A stretch of DNA of 63,889 nt, the filler included, from Vicugna vicugna (lineage: Eukaryota): assembly GCA_013265495.1 (NCBI GenBank). It is 77 parts of 76 records of this genome, joined end to end, with 100 filler letters (N's around TTAATTAATTAA, not from the genome) between each part and the next. Parts side by side here need not be neighbours in the genome. Positions count along the whole stretch, not along the records: positions 49,836 to 50,716 come from MU062643.1; positions 50,817 to 51,624 come from PNXW01025386.1; positions 51,725 to 52,269 come from PNXW01025390.1; positions 52,370 to 53,054 come from PNXW01025396.1; positions 53,155 to 53,900 come from MU062647.1; positions 54,001 to 54,799 come from MU062648.1; positions 54,900 to 56,164 come from MU062649.1; positions 56,265 to 56,750 come from PNXW01025410.1; 69 more parts are not named here. One strand, written 5' to 3'. Below are positions 49,836 to 60,997 of the stretch, piece by piece; the stretch's first letter is position 1; each line of letters opens with the position of its first letter. A model generated the notes under the pieces. That model made no database searches and was not told the origin of the DNA. It saw only the letters and a list, made by a program, of their open reading frames with translations. The position numbers were made by a program, and so were the translations under genes.

Positions 49836-50716
49836 AAGCCTAAACTCGTCTCCCCTGAGTGTTTTCCAAATGTCTCTGTGACACGGAATGCTAGGGGGGG
49901 GTTGAAGGATATCCCAGTGACAGAGGCTGCCTCCCCAAAGTCAGTGAAGGTATTCCTCGGACTTCCCCGAACAGGGAACTCCTGTGACTGAAGAGAGCTG
50001 CGTGGAGTTGTCCCTCAAGCTCCCCCTCGCACTTACAATGGTTCTGGAATCCTGAGCGTGGGGAGGTTCCACCAACGGTCGGCAGCGCGTGGGTTCTAAC
50101 GGAAAGCCTAAACTCGTCTCCCCTGAGTGTTTTCCAAATGTCTCTGTGACACGGAATGCTAGGGGGGGGTTGAAGGATATCCCAGTGACAGAGGCTGCCT
50201 CCCCTAGGTCAGGGAAGTTATTTCTCGGACTTCCCCGAACATGGAACACCTGTGACCGAAGAGAGCTGCGTGGAGTTGTCCCTCAAGCTCCCCCTCGCAC
50301 TTACAATGGTTCTGGAATCCTGAGCGTGGGGAGGTTCCACCAACGGTCGGCAGCGCGTTGGTTCTTACGGAAAGCCTAAGCTCGTCTCCCCTGAGGGTTT
50401 TCCTAATATCTCTGTGCCAGGGAATGCTAGGGGGGTNNNNNNNNNNNNNNNNNNNNNNNNNNNNNNNNNNNNNNNNNNNNNNNNNNNNNNNNNNNNNNNN
50501 NNNNNNNNNNNNNNNNNNNNNNNNNNNNNNNNNNNNNNNNNNNNNNNNNNNNNNNNNNNNNNNNNNNNNNNNNNNNNNNNNNNNNNNNNNNNNNNNNNNN
50601 NNNNNNNNNNNNNNNNGCGTGGGTTCGAAAGCCAAAGCTCTTCTCCCCTGAATGTTTTCCTAATGTCTCTATGTCAGGGAATGCTAGGGGGGTTTGCAAG
50701 ATATCCCAGTGACAGA
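49836..50716 (-). repeat. GC-rich 267/268-bp satellite (AAACCCCCCT-type variant)
   Basis: AAGCCTAAACTCGTC at 49836 and 50104 (period 268). Confidence 0.96.
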
Positions 50717-51236
50717 NNNNNNNNNNNNNNNNNNNNNNNNNNNNNNNNNNNNNNNNNNNNTTAATTAATTAANNNNNNNNNNNNNNNNNNNNNNNNNNNN
50801 NNNNNNNNNNNNNNNNGAGAACTGAATTGTGAAAGCTTTGAGTTCCAGTCCAGATGAACAAAAGGAAAAAAGCACTTTTTAAGTATTTAAGTATTGGTGA
50901 ATCAACTGTACACTAACATTTTTTAAACTCTTGATTTTGTCAAAAAACAAATATCAGCAAGATGCAACTGAAATTTTTTGACATCCCTGAAGTTTTAAAC
51001 AATCTAGACATATTTGCTTAAAGTTTGAGTAAAGGTTGGGAGGTTGACTTCTCAAGTATCTGCATATATTTTAAATATTTTATTTACTTCAAATATAAAA
51101 ATTTCTTGTATACCAGAAACAGAATAAAAAGTGGTTCCTCAAAAATATGTTGGTGTATATTTGTAAAATATCTACCCTTTATTGGACTATTACACTGTTC
51201 TGTACATATTTTAATTTTTCAAGAATTCAGATTTGA

Positions 51237-51388
51237 GGGGTAGGGTAGAGTTCAGTGGTAGAGTGCATGCCTAGCATGCACGAGGTCCTATGTTCAATCC
51301 CGGACCTCCATTAAACAAACAAACCAAAAAAACAGACCAAATTACCTTGGCCCCTACTCACCTCAAGAAAAGATTGCATTTAAAAAAA
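51237..51388 (+). mobile_element. tRNA-Ala-derived SINE, camelid vic-1-like
   Basis: GGGGTAGGGTAGAGTTCAGTGGTAGAGTGCATGCCTAGCATGCACGAGGTCCTATGTTCAATCCC has A and B boxes, then an A-rich linker, a CCAAATTACC-CCCC block and an A tail. Degenerate TSD AAGAATTCAGATTT / AAGAAATTCAAAATTT. Confidence 0.8.
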
Positions 51389-51871
51389 GAAATTCAAAAT
51401 TTACATTGACACTAACAGGGAACTATTATCATGTTCAATTTCCTGTTGAAGAAAATGAGTTTCAGGGAGGCTTCCCCAGCTCATTTCAGATGGCAAATGT
51501 CGGGGTAGGACTAGACCTGAGCTCAAGTCCACCGAATTATTCTGCTGTCCCACACAGTTTAAACCATGGCTACTTTCATAGCATGCTTGAGTATTCAGCA
51601 ATAGAATGTGGGTTTTCCTTTACTNNNNNNNNNNNNNNNNNNNNNNNNNNNNNNNNNNNNNNNNNNNNTTAATTAATTAANNNNNNNNNNNNNNNNNNNN
51701 NNNNNNNNNNNNNNNNNNNNNNNNAAAAGCATGGCAGTGTCTGCTACTTGTCATGGTGATTAAAAAAAAGCTGTGATGTTAATATTACAGAAGGTGCAAA
51801 ACTGAATCCAAAGTTACTTCAATTCATACATCTACGATCAAATAAAATGAGAGTCTTCTCATAAAATTCCT

Positions 51872-52030
51872 AGAGCAATTGTTCTAAACCCTGGCATCAA
51901 GTTAGAATCACCTAGAATACTTATCTAAATTATCAATGTCCAATGCTCTTCTTGCAACAATTCTGAAATAGGTTGTCTGAGAGAGAAACCCAGCAGCAGC
52001 AAAATATTTGACCCCAGGCGTTCTTGGGCA
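51872..52030. mobile_element. MER5-like DNA transposon fragment
   Basis: GTTCTAAACCCTGGC...TTAGAATCACCTAG...TTCTGAAATAGGTTGTCTG...CCCCAGG. Confidence 0.5.
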
Positions 52031-52045
52031 CTACGTAGAGTGAAC

Positions 52046-52102
52046 AAAGTTCTAGACCTTATAGAAAGTTCTAGACTTTATAGAAAGTTCTAGACCTTAC
52101 AG
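52046..52102 (+). repeat. 19-bp tandem repeat x3 (AAAGTTCTAGACCTTATAG)
   Basis: Copies start at 52046, 52065 and 52084. Confidence 0.93.
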
Positions 52103-52445
52103 AAAATGTAGCACATCTGAATGTCTTCAACCTTCATTCTATTTTCTCCCTTTTGTTCTTTGCTCAGAAAATAAAGCTCTGAGAAAAGTGTATGGAATTT
52201 CATACAATTTTGACCTCCCTAATAACAACTGTGTATTTATTTCTGTATCTGAATAGTTTCCTCTGAAAGNNNNNNNNNNNNNNNNNNNNNNNNNNNNNNN
52301 NNNNNNNNNNNNNTTAATTAATTAANNNNNNNNNNNNNNNNNNNNNNNNNNNNNNNNNNNNNNNNNNNNATGTCCCAAAGTATTTGGAACTTACATGCCC
52401 ATGTGTCGCTGTTGTGTGTTGATCTTGTCCCACCTGGACTCAGGT

Positions 52446-52852
52446 TGTTACAGCAACCTGAATCCCGTCCAGAAACCAACCGACACTCAGAGGGTTGGAG
52501 AACTCAGTTTTATTATGCCGGGGGGCCCAGAGGAGTTAACACTCCAAGTTCTGGACCCCGTCTGTAGGTTTACACAGGCTTTTATATTTTGATTTTTGCA
52601 CCATATGCAAATGAGGTGTTAGAAGTGGACCAATCAGGAGTGAGCTTTTGGGAACCATGGAATTTTAGGGGCAAATGCAAATGAGGTGTTAGAAATGGAC
52701 CAGTCAGGAGTGATATTTTGGGAACCAATGGAATTTTAGGGGTAACTTTCATTTTTCCTAGAAGCAAGAAGTTTGACAGAAGCATAAAAACAAGAAGGCA
52801 ATGGCCGTGCCTGGAAGGTCTTGCTGGTCCCTTTGTGGATTTTGCCCCTTCA
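52446..52852 (-). mobile_element. Complete solo LTR (407 bp, ERV1-type) with 4-bp TSD AGGT
   Basis: The minus strand starts TGAAGGGG and ends TAACA. AGGT occurs at 52442-52445 and 52853-52856. Minus-strand TATAAAA (52580-52586) is followed by AATAAA (52509-52514). U3 has a 70-bp duplication. Confidence 0.85.
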
Positions 52853-53154
52853 AGGTCTGGATCAATGCCAATAGGAGAAGTGGAGAAAAGGTTGGAACAG
52901 GAATCAAATCCAGACTGTAGGACGAAGAGTCACAAAACAAGGTGTGTGTTATGCAGGGGATGGGCAGCGGGGAGCCACTTCAAGTGTGTGATGGTTCTCT
53001 TCAAGTACGGGGAGGTGGGAAAGGATGGGAGTGATCTGGGACAAATCCAATCAGNNNNNNNNNNNNNNNNNNNNNNNNNNNNNNNNNNNNNNNNNNNNTT
53101 AATTAATTAANNNNNNNNNNNNNNNNNNNNNNNNNNNNNNNNNNNNNNNNNNNN

Positions 53155-53900
53155 GCTCTCTTCAGTCACAGGTGTTCCCTGTTCGGGGAAATCCGAAAAT
53201 TCCTTCCCTGAATTTGGGAAGGCAGCCTCTGTCACAGGGATATCCTGCAAACCCCCCTAGCATTCCCTGGCACAGAGATATTAGGAAAAACCTCAGGGAA
53301 GACGAGCTTGGGCTTTCTGTTAGAACCAACGCACTGCCGACCATTGGTGGAACCTCCCCACGCTCATGATTCCGGAAACATTCTCAGTGCGTGGGGGAGC
53401 TCGAGAGACAACTCCACGCAGCTCTCTTCATTCACAGGTGTTCCCTGTTCGGGGAAGTCCGAGAAATANNNNNNNNNNNNNNNNNNNNNNNNNNNNNNNN
53501 NNNNNNNNNNNNNNNNNNNNNNNNNNNNNNNNNNNNNNNNNNNNNNNNNNNNNNNNNNNNNNNNNNNNNNNNNNNNNNNNNNNNNNNNNNNNNNNNNNNN
53601 NNNNNNNNNNNNNNNNNNNNNNNNNNNNNNNNNNNNNNNNNNNNNNNNNNNNNNNNNNNNNNNNNNNNNNNNNNNNNNNNNNNNNNNNNNNNNCTCTTCA
53701 GTCACAAGTGTTCCCTGTTCGGGGAAGTCCGAGAAATACCTTCCCTGACCTTGGGGAGGCAGCCTCTGTCACTGGGATATCCTGCAAACCCCCCTAGCAT
53801 TCCCTAGCACAGAGATATTATGAAAATCCTCAGGGGAGACGAGCTTATGGTTCCAGTTAGAACACACACGCTGCCGAACGTTGGTGGAACCTCCCCACGC
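53155..53900 (+). repeat. GC-rich 267-bp satellite (AAACCCCCCT variant)
   Basis: Tandem monomers. Confidence 0.96.
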
Positions 53901-54000
53901 NNNNNNNNNNNNNNNNNNNNNNNNNNNNNNNNNNNNNNNNNNNNTTAATTAATTAANNNNNNNNNNNNNNNNNNNNNNNNNNNNNNNNNNNNNNNNNNNN

Positions 54001-54799
54001 TGTACCTCCCCATATATATGTATGGAGTGGGGTTTGCTCCTGAAAAGAAAGTTTGTGTTCCCTTGAAGATAGGTGAAGGACGGCTTTCACACACACTTAT
54101 CTCTCAGAACTGAGCATGTGGAGAGACGTTCGTTCATCCAGCACAAAGGGAACGGGTTGCAGGAGAAACCCTTACTCTGGTTTCCCAGNNNNNNNNNNNN
54201 NNNNNNNNNNNNNNNNNNNNNNNNNNNNNNNNNNNNNNNNNNNNNNNNNNNNNNNNNNNNNNNNNNNNNNNNNNNNNNNNNNNNNNNNNNNNNNNNNNNN
54301 NNNNNNNNNNNNNNNNNNNNNNNNNNNNNNNNNNNNNNNNNNNNNNNNNNNNNNNNNNNNNNNNNNNNNNNNNNNNNNNNNNNNNNNNNNNNNNNNNNNN
54401 NNNNNNNNNNNNNNNNNNNNNNNNNNNGTCTGTTTCTTAATGCCGGTTTGAATTGCCTGTCGTTTTCAGTGTAAAACCGAGTTGGAGCTTGTACCTCCCC
54501 ATATATATGTATGGAGTGGGGTTTGCAACTGAAAAGAAACTATGTGTTCCCTTCAAGCTAGGTGAAGGACGGCTTTCACACACACACTTATCTCTCAGAA
54601 CTGAGCATGTGGAGAGACGTTCGTTCATCCAGCACAAAGGGAACCGGTTGCAGGAGAAACCCTTACTCAGGTTTCTCAGTCTGTTTCCTAGTGCCTGTTT
54701 GAAGTGCCTGCCGTTTTCACTGTAAAACACAGTTGGAGCTTGTACATCCCCATATAAATGTATGGAATGGGGTTTGCTACTGAAAAGAAACTTTGTGTT
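54001..54799 (+). repeat. 249-251-bp satellite
   Basis: GTTGGAGCTTGTAC at 54481 and 54732 (period 251). Same family as 47782. Confidence 0.95.
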
Positions 54800-54899
54800 N
54801 NNNNNNNNNNNNNNNNNNNNNNNNNNNNNNNNNNNNNNNNNNNTTAATTAATTAANNNNNNNNNNNNNNNNNNNNNNNNNNNNNNNNNNNNNNNNNNNN

Positions 54900-56164
54900 A
54901 TTCCTGAGCGTGGGGAGATTCCACCAACGTTCGGCAGCGCGTGGATCCTAACGGAATCATATGCTCGTCTCCCCTGAGGGTTTTCCAAATGTCTCTGTGC
55001 CAGGGAATGCTAGGGGGTTTGCAGAATATCCCAGTGACAGAGGCTGCCTCCCCAAGGTTCAGGGAAGTTATTTCTCGGACTTCCCCGAACAGGGAACACC
55101 TGTGACTGAAGAGAGCTGCGTGGAGTTGTCTCTCGAGCTCCCCCACGCTCTGACAATGGTTCCGGAATCCTGAGNNNNNNNNNNNNNNNNNNNNNNNNNN
55201 NNNNNNNNNNNNNNNNNNNNNNNNNNNNNNNNNNNNNNNNNNNNNNNNNNNNNNNNNNNNNNNNNNNNNNNNNNNNNNNNNNNNNNNNNNNNNNNNNNNN
55301 NNNNNNNNNNNNNNNNNNNNNNNNNNNNNNNNNNNNNNNNNNNNNNNNNNNNNNNNNNNNNNNNNNNNNNNNNNNNNNNNNNNNNNNNNNNNNNNNNNNN
55401 NNNNNNNNNNNNNNNNNNNNNNNNNNNNNNNNNNNNNNNNNNNNNNNNNNNNNNNNNNNNNNNNNNNNNNNNNNNNNNNNNNNNNNNNNNNNNNNNNNNN
55501 NNNNNNNNNNNNNNNNNNNNNNNNNNNNNNNNNNNNNNNNGGGGGGTTTGCAGGATATCCCAGTGACAGAGGCTGCCTCCCCAAGTTCAGGGAAGGTATT
55601 TCTCGGACTTCCCCAAACAGGGAACACCTGTGACTGAAGAAAGCTGCGTGGAGTTGTCTATCAAGCTCCCCCACGCACTGACAATTCTTCCGGAATACTT
55701 AGCGCGGGGAGGTTCCAACAACGGTTGGCAGCGCGTGGGATCTAACGGAAAGCCTAAGCTCGACTCCCCTAAGGTTTTTCCTAATGTCTCTGTGCCAGGC
55801 AATGCTAGGGGGGTTTGCAGGATATCCCAGTGACAGAGGCTGCCTCCCCAATGTCAGGGAAGGTNNNNNNNNNNNNNNNNNNNNNNNNNNNNNNNNNNNN
55901 NNNNNNNNNNNNNNNNNNNNNNNNNNNNNNNNNNNNNNNNNNNNNNNNNNNNNNNNNNNNNNNNNNNNNNNNNNNNNNNNNNNNNNNNNNNNNNNNNNNN
56001 NNNNNNNNNNNNNNNNNNNNNNNNNNNNNNNNNNNNNNNNNNNNNNNNNNNNNNNNNNNNNNNNNNNNNNNNNNNNNNNNNNNNNNNNNNNNNNNNNNNN
56101 NNNNNCCTCCCCAAAGTCTGGGAAGTTATTTCTCGGACTTCCCCGATCATGGAAGGCCTGTGAC
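54900..56164 (-). repeat. GC-rich 267-bp satellite (AAACCCCCCT variant)
   Basis: Reverse-complement tandem monomers. Confidence 0.96.
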
Positions 56165-56533
56165 NNNNNNNNNNNNNNNNNNNNNNNNNNNNNNNNNNNN
56201 NNNNNNNNTTAATTAATTAANNNNNNNNNNNNNNNNNNNNNNNNNNNNNNNNNNNNNNNNNNNNCGATAAAGACACCCGGACAAGTTCAGCAAAATGCAA
56301 AGAAATTTTCCTCTCTGCAAGACTGAAATGTCTGTGAAGCTTTAAAAACATCTGCACCTACAAAAATAGGGAACCAACTCATCAATAACATATCTATCCA
56401 TAATGCATGGACATTCAAAATAAATACTGTATTTACTCCTATTAAATTCTATCTAATTCTATCTGGCTTTTGCCAAACTGTGTCCTAAACTGAAAGGAAA
56501 GTATGTAAATGTAGAGAATTTTTTACCTTTTAA

Positions 56534-56750
56534 AAGAAAAAGGAACCCTCCTACTCGGTTGTTGGTAATGTAAATTGGTGCAGCCTCTATGGAGGACAGA
56601 AAAGAGGTTCCATAAAAAAATGTAAATAGACTTCCGTGTGATCCAGCAATCCCATTCATGGGTATATGTTTGGAGAAAAATTTAATTTAAAAAGACACAT
56701 GCACTCCAATGTTCACAACAGCACTATTTAAAATAGCCAAGACACTGAAA
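56534..56750 (+). mobile_element. L1 ORF2 3' fragment
   Basis: AAAAGGAACCCTCCTAC...GTAAATTGGTGCAGCC...GATCCAGCAATCCCA...CCAATGTTCACAACAGCACTATTT...ATAGCCAAGAC. Confidence 0.88.
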
Positions 56751-56850
56751 NNNNNNNNNNNNNNNNNNNNNNNNNNNNNNNNNNNNNNNNNNNNTTAATT
56801 AATTAANNNNNNNNNNNNNNNNNNNNNNNNNNNNNNNNNNNNNNNNNNNN

Positions 56851-57035
56851 CTCGCCTGGGGCCGGACTGCTACAGGACACTGAGTCCCAGAGGCATGGCC
56901 TGCGAGACACTACAGGAACATCTCTGCTCTTGGCTGAGGGCCTCCGTTTCCCCTGCAGTGTAAGAATGCCGGTGACTGAGTTAGAAGCATGCATCCAAGC
57001 CATCCTTCCGTGTCATCACCATCTGGAAGCGGAAC
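56851..57035. repeat. Low-copy paralogous segment (inverted copy of 44266-44457)
   Basis: Direct alignment by eye. Confidence 0.88.
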
Positions 57036-57838
57036 CAGAATCTTCTGAATTTCTCCAGANNNNNNNNNNNNNNNNNNNNNNNNNNNNNNNNNNNNNNNNN
57101 NNNNNNNNNNNNNNNNNNNNNNNNNNNNNNNNNNNNNNNNNNNNNNNNNNNNNNNNNNNNNNNNNNNNNNNNNNNNNNNNNNNNNNNNNNNNNNNNNNNN
57201 NNNNNNNNNNNNNNNNNNNNNNNNNNNNNNNNNNNNNNNNNNNNNNNNNNNNNNNNNNNNNNNNNNNNNNNNNNNNNNNNNNNNNNNNNNNNNNNNNNNN
57301 NNNNNNNNNNNNNNNNNNNNNNNNNNNNNNNNNNNNNNNNNNNNNNNNNNNNNNNNNNNNNNNNNNNNNNNNNNNNNNNNNNNNNNNNNNNNNNNNNNNN
57401 NNNNNNNNNNNNNNNNNNNNNNNNNNNNNNNNNNNNNNNNNNNNNNNNNNNNNNNNNNNNNNNNNNNNNNNNNNNNNNNNNNNNNNNNNNNNNNNNNNNN
57501 NNNNNNNNNNNTTATTAGAACCTTGCAGGTTGCCAGTGCAAAATCCCCAAATCAAAATTCTAGCTAAATATCTAACATCTTTCTAATCTACCTTAGATTT
57601 GTATGGATAAGTGAAGCAGTTTGCTAAGAACTCAAGACCAGGGTTAGAATACAGGCTGATGTAGATCAGCAGGGCCTCCCGAGCTGGCGCTGCGCCAGAG
57701 GGCGGGGCCGAGGGGATAGGGCGGGTCCTACCCTCCCTNNNNNNNNNNNNNNNNNNNNNNNNNNNNNNNNNNNNNNNNNNNNTTAATTAATTAANNNNNN
57801 NNNNNNNNNNNNNNNNNNNNNNNNNNNNNNNNNNNNNN

Positions 57839-58320
57839 AACCTCAAACCCGAACGAGAACACAAACCCTAACCCTAAACCAAATCTTAACTTGACCCAAC
57901 TGCTAACTCTATCCTTATCCTACTCCTGCTCCTCCTCCCCTCTAACCATTCTCCTCCTTCTCCCCTAACTCTAACCCCAACCCCTAACCCTAACCCTAAC
58001 ACCTAACCTAACCCCAAACCTATCCTTAAACTCTGGCTCTGGTCCTGACCCCTAACCTCTAAACCTAACCCTAACCCCTAAACCTAACCCTATCCCTACC
58101 CCTAGTCTTAATCCTAACTCCTCCTCCTCCTCCCAAATCCTAACCTTAGCAATAAGCCTAACCCTAAAACCCTAANNNNNNNNNNNNNNNNNNNNNNNNN
58201 NNNNNNNAACCCCTCAGCCCTCACCTGAAATCGTAAACCTAACCCCAAATCCCTAAACCTGATCCCGACCCCAACCCCAACACTAACCTTAACCTTGAAC
58301 ACCAACCCCAACCCCAACCC
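57839..58320 (+). repeat. Degenerate telomeric (CCCTAA)n-like array next to GC-rich subtelomere-like sequence
   Basis: CCCTAACCCTAACCCTAA and variants CCCCAA/ACCTAA/CCTTAA/CTCTAA. Confidence 0.85.
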
Positions 58321-58710
58321 AGAGCCTGCTCCTGCAGGAGGTCCAGGACTGGGTCCAGTTCCACCAGCCCTACAGGGAGAACCTGTGCTTGCTTCTTGGT
58401 GTGAAGAGAGGGAGCCCCATCTTGGAGGTCCAGTTGGAAACTGGGCCTGGCCCAGGTCTGGGAGACAGTAACGGGGAGAGGGAGGAGAGCAGGAGAAGTG
58501 GGCCCGAGGGGAATGGGGCCGAGGGAAGTGGTGCCGAGGGCTGTGGCCCCAGCCCGGGCCAGTGCTAGTTCTGGTTGAGTGCGGACCCGATTGCTGGTGG
58601 AGTGGTGGGGNNNNNNNNNNNNNNNNNNNNNNNNNNNNNNNNNNNNNNNNNNNNTTAATTAATTAANNNNNNNNNNNNNNNNNNNNNNNNNNNNNNNNNN
58701 NNNNNNNNNN

Positions 58711-59598
58711 AAATATTGAGCCCTCTGCTCCTACTTATCCAGATGTTAAAGAAATTCCTTCTGCTCCTCCTGCAGTAAATGCAACCGATGGTCCTTTTGA
58801 TTCAGAACTAGATCCAGCTGATCAAGAGGAGTTAGAGGATCAAGCTGCCCGTTACCACAAGGATGAAGATCCTTGGGGCATCTTTTTTGAGGAAAATAAA
58901 ACTTTTGACATGTCTAAATTTAAAGATATTATTACGGAATGTGTTCAACAGAATCTTTCTAAGAAGGAGCAGAAAAAGCCGCCAATAATTTCGTCTCCTC
59001 CTCCTAGTTATTCTACCTCCTAGTTATTCTTCACAGGAGGAGAAGGCATCAAAATTTGTTGTTTTAAGTCCTTTACAAAAGGCTTTGCAACAAGCTAGTA
59101 AAGAAGGAAAACACATTCCTGGTTTTTCTTTAGTATATCCAGTCCTTGAGGATGCCCAACAACAGAGATACTATGAAACTATTCCTTTTAAACAATTAAA
59201 AGAATTAAAAATGGCTTGTGCTCAATATGGACCTACTGCGCCTTTTACACAAGCCATTGTTGAAGGTTTAGGAAATCAATATTTACCTCCAAATGATTGG
59301 AAGCAAGTGGCACGTGCCTGCCTATCTGGTGGAAATTATCTACTTTGGAAATCAGAATTCTATGAAAATTGTGCAGCTACAGCTAGTATTAATCAGAGAC
59401 AGGGCATCCAAGTTACATTAGAGCAATTAACTGGAGAAGGACAATATCAAGACACTCACTCACAATTGGGTTATTTGCCTGGTGCCTATCCTCAGATAAA
59501 TGCAGCAGCGTTAAGAGCATGGAGAAAGCTGCCCAATTCTGAGAATAAAACTCAAGATTTGTCCAAAATTCGGCAAGGGCCTGACGAGCCATACCAAG
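58711..59598 (+). pseudogene. gag: Endogenous betaretrovirus gag fragment (late-domain region and capsid), JSRV/ENTV-like, one frameshift
   Basis: From 58712: NIEPSAPTYP...IPSAPP...ELEDQAARYH...SPPPSYS. After the 16-bp duplication: SPLQKALQQA...YPVLEDAQQQRYYETIPFKQLKELKMACAQYGPTAPFT...LPPNDWKQVARACLSGGNYLLWKSEF...LSKIRQGPDEPYQ (start of the major homology region). Confidence 0.95.
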
Positions 59599-60334
59599 NN
59601 NNNNNNNNNNNNNNNNNNNNNNNNNNNNNNNNNNNNNNNNNNTTAATTAATTAANNNNNNNNNNNNNNNNNNNNNNNNNNNNNNNNNNNNNNNNNNNNTG
59701 GGGGCGGCCTCTGCTGCCCCTCTTTCCCAGGTCACTAATCTCAGGGTCATATTGCCACGGGGGTGCGTTAAGGTGCGGGGGCAGCGGGGTGATGGTGAGA
59801 GTATGGGGCCTGCCACTTGGGAGCTAGTGGTTTAGCTCCCATCTCCCCAGCAGCTTGGCCTGGGGGCAGCCTCTGTTGCCCCAGGTTGCAAAGCACAGTT
59901 TCTCTGACAGCTTAGCCACCGGAGGTGGGCAAGACTGAGGCAGCCACCAATGCAGCGACGGAGGGGGCTGTCCCTGGCAAGCTGGTCAATTTATTCCCAT
60001 CTCTACCTTTGCTGACCTAGTTTCGCAGGACGTCCTTCTCCAGTTTATCCTTCTGGGAAGTGGGCGCAGTGCATGCAGCCCAAGGTCAGGGCTCTCCTCT
60101 GGGGAGGGGAAGAACTCTCTTGTTCTCCTTTGTNNNNNNNNNNNNNNNNNNNNNNNNNNNNNNNNNNNNNNNNNNNNTTAATTAATTAANNNNNNNNNNN
60201 NNNNNNNNNNNNNNNNNNNNNNNNNNNNNNNNNTTTTTCACGTATAACTTTTCATCTTATTTGTCAACTTGATTTCTACGTATTCTATACATATATATAT
60301 ATATATAATTATTTACATTATATTTGTAAACACA

Positions 60335-60997
60335 TTTCCTACACAAATACAACAGGCAGAAGGCAGTGGCAAGACATATTCAAAATCCTGAATGAAAGAA
60401 ACTGTAATCTAAGATAATTTATCAAGCAAGGCTATCCTTTAGAATAGAAGGAGAGGTAAGTAACTTCCATAAAAGCAAATACTAAAAGAATTTAACAAAA
60501 AAAAAAATGAAAGATCTACTCTAAAGAAAAGAAGCAGGATGCTATAGAAAGGAGAAAGGCATAATTAGAAATGCAATAGCTGCAATGACATACAATAGAA
60601 TATACATGATATTGTAAAACAGTACATCAAAATTTTTAAGGGTCAGAGAGTGAAACAGGACAATACAGATTATTTCCTTCTTGTTTCTGTTCTCTGTAGG
60701 AGGGGTTAGAATTTGTATTCTTATCAGTGAAAATAAACAGATATAGTAACGGTTAAATATACATACAAAACAGTGTAACCATACATCAAAAGCTTACAAT
60801 GAAGTCACAAAGCCAAAAAGAAACCAAGATAATAAAAGAAAACTTATCAAGCCACAAAAAGAAAATGAAATGAACAAAAAGAGAATATAAAATAAACTGG
60901 GAGATGAAGCTCAAAATTGAAATAGACACCAGTCTATCAATAATCATCACAGTTGTTAATAGACTAACAGCTGCAATCAAAAGATATATATTGTCAG
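60335..60997 (+). mobile_element. Degraded L1 ORF1 3' end, inter-ORF region and ORF2 start
   Basis: GCAGAAGGCAGTGGCAAGACATATTCAAAATCCTGAATGAAA...AGATAATTTATCAAGCAAGGCTATCCTTTAGAATAGAAGGAGAG, and CTATCAATAATCA...GTTAATAGACTAA..GCTGCAATCAAAAGA. Confidence 0.85.

Noticed and set aside
51237..51312. tRNA-Ala gene
   Set aside because: The stems are degraded, and an A-rich tail and TSD follow, so it is a SINE head.
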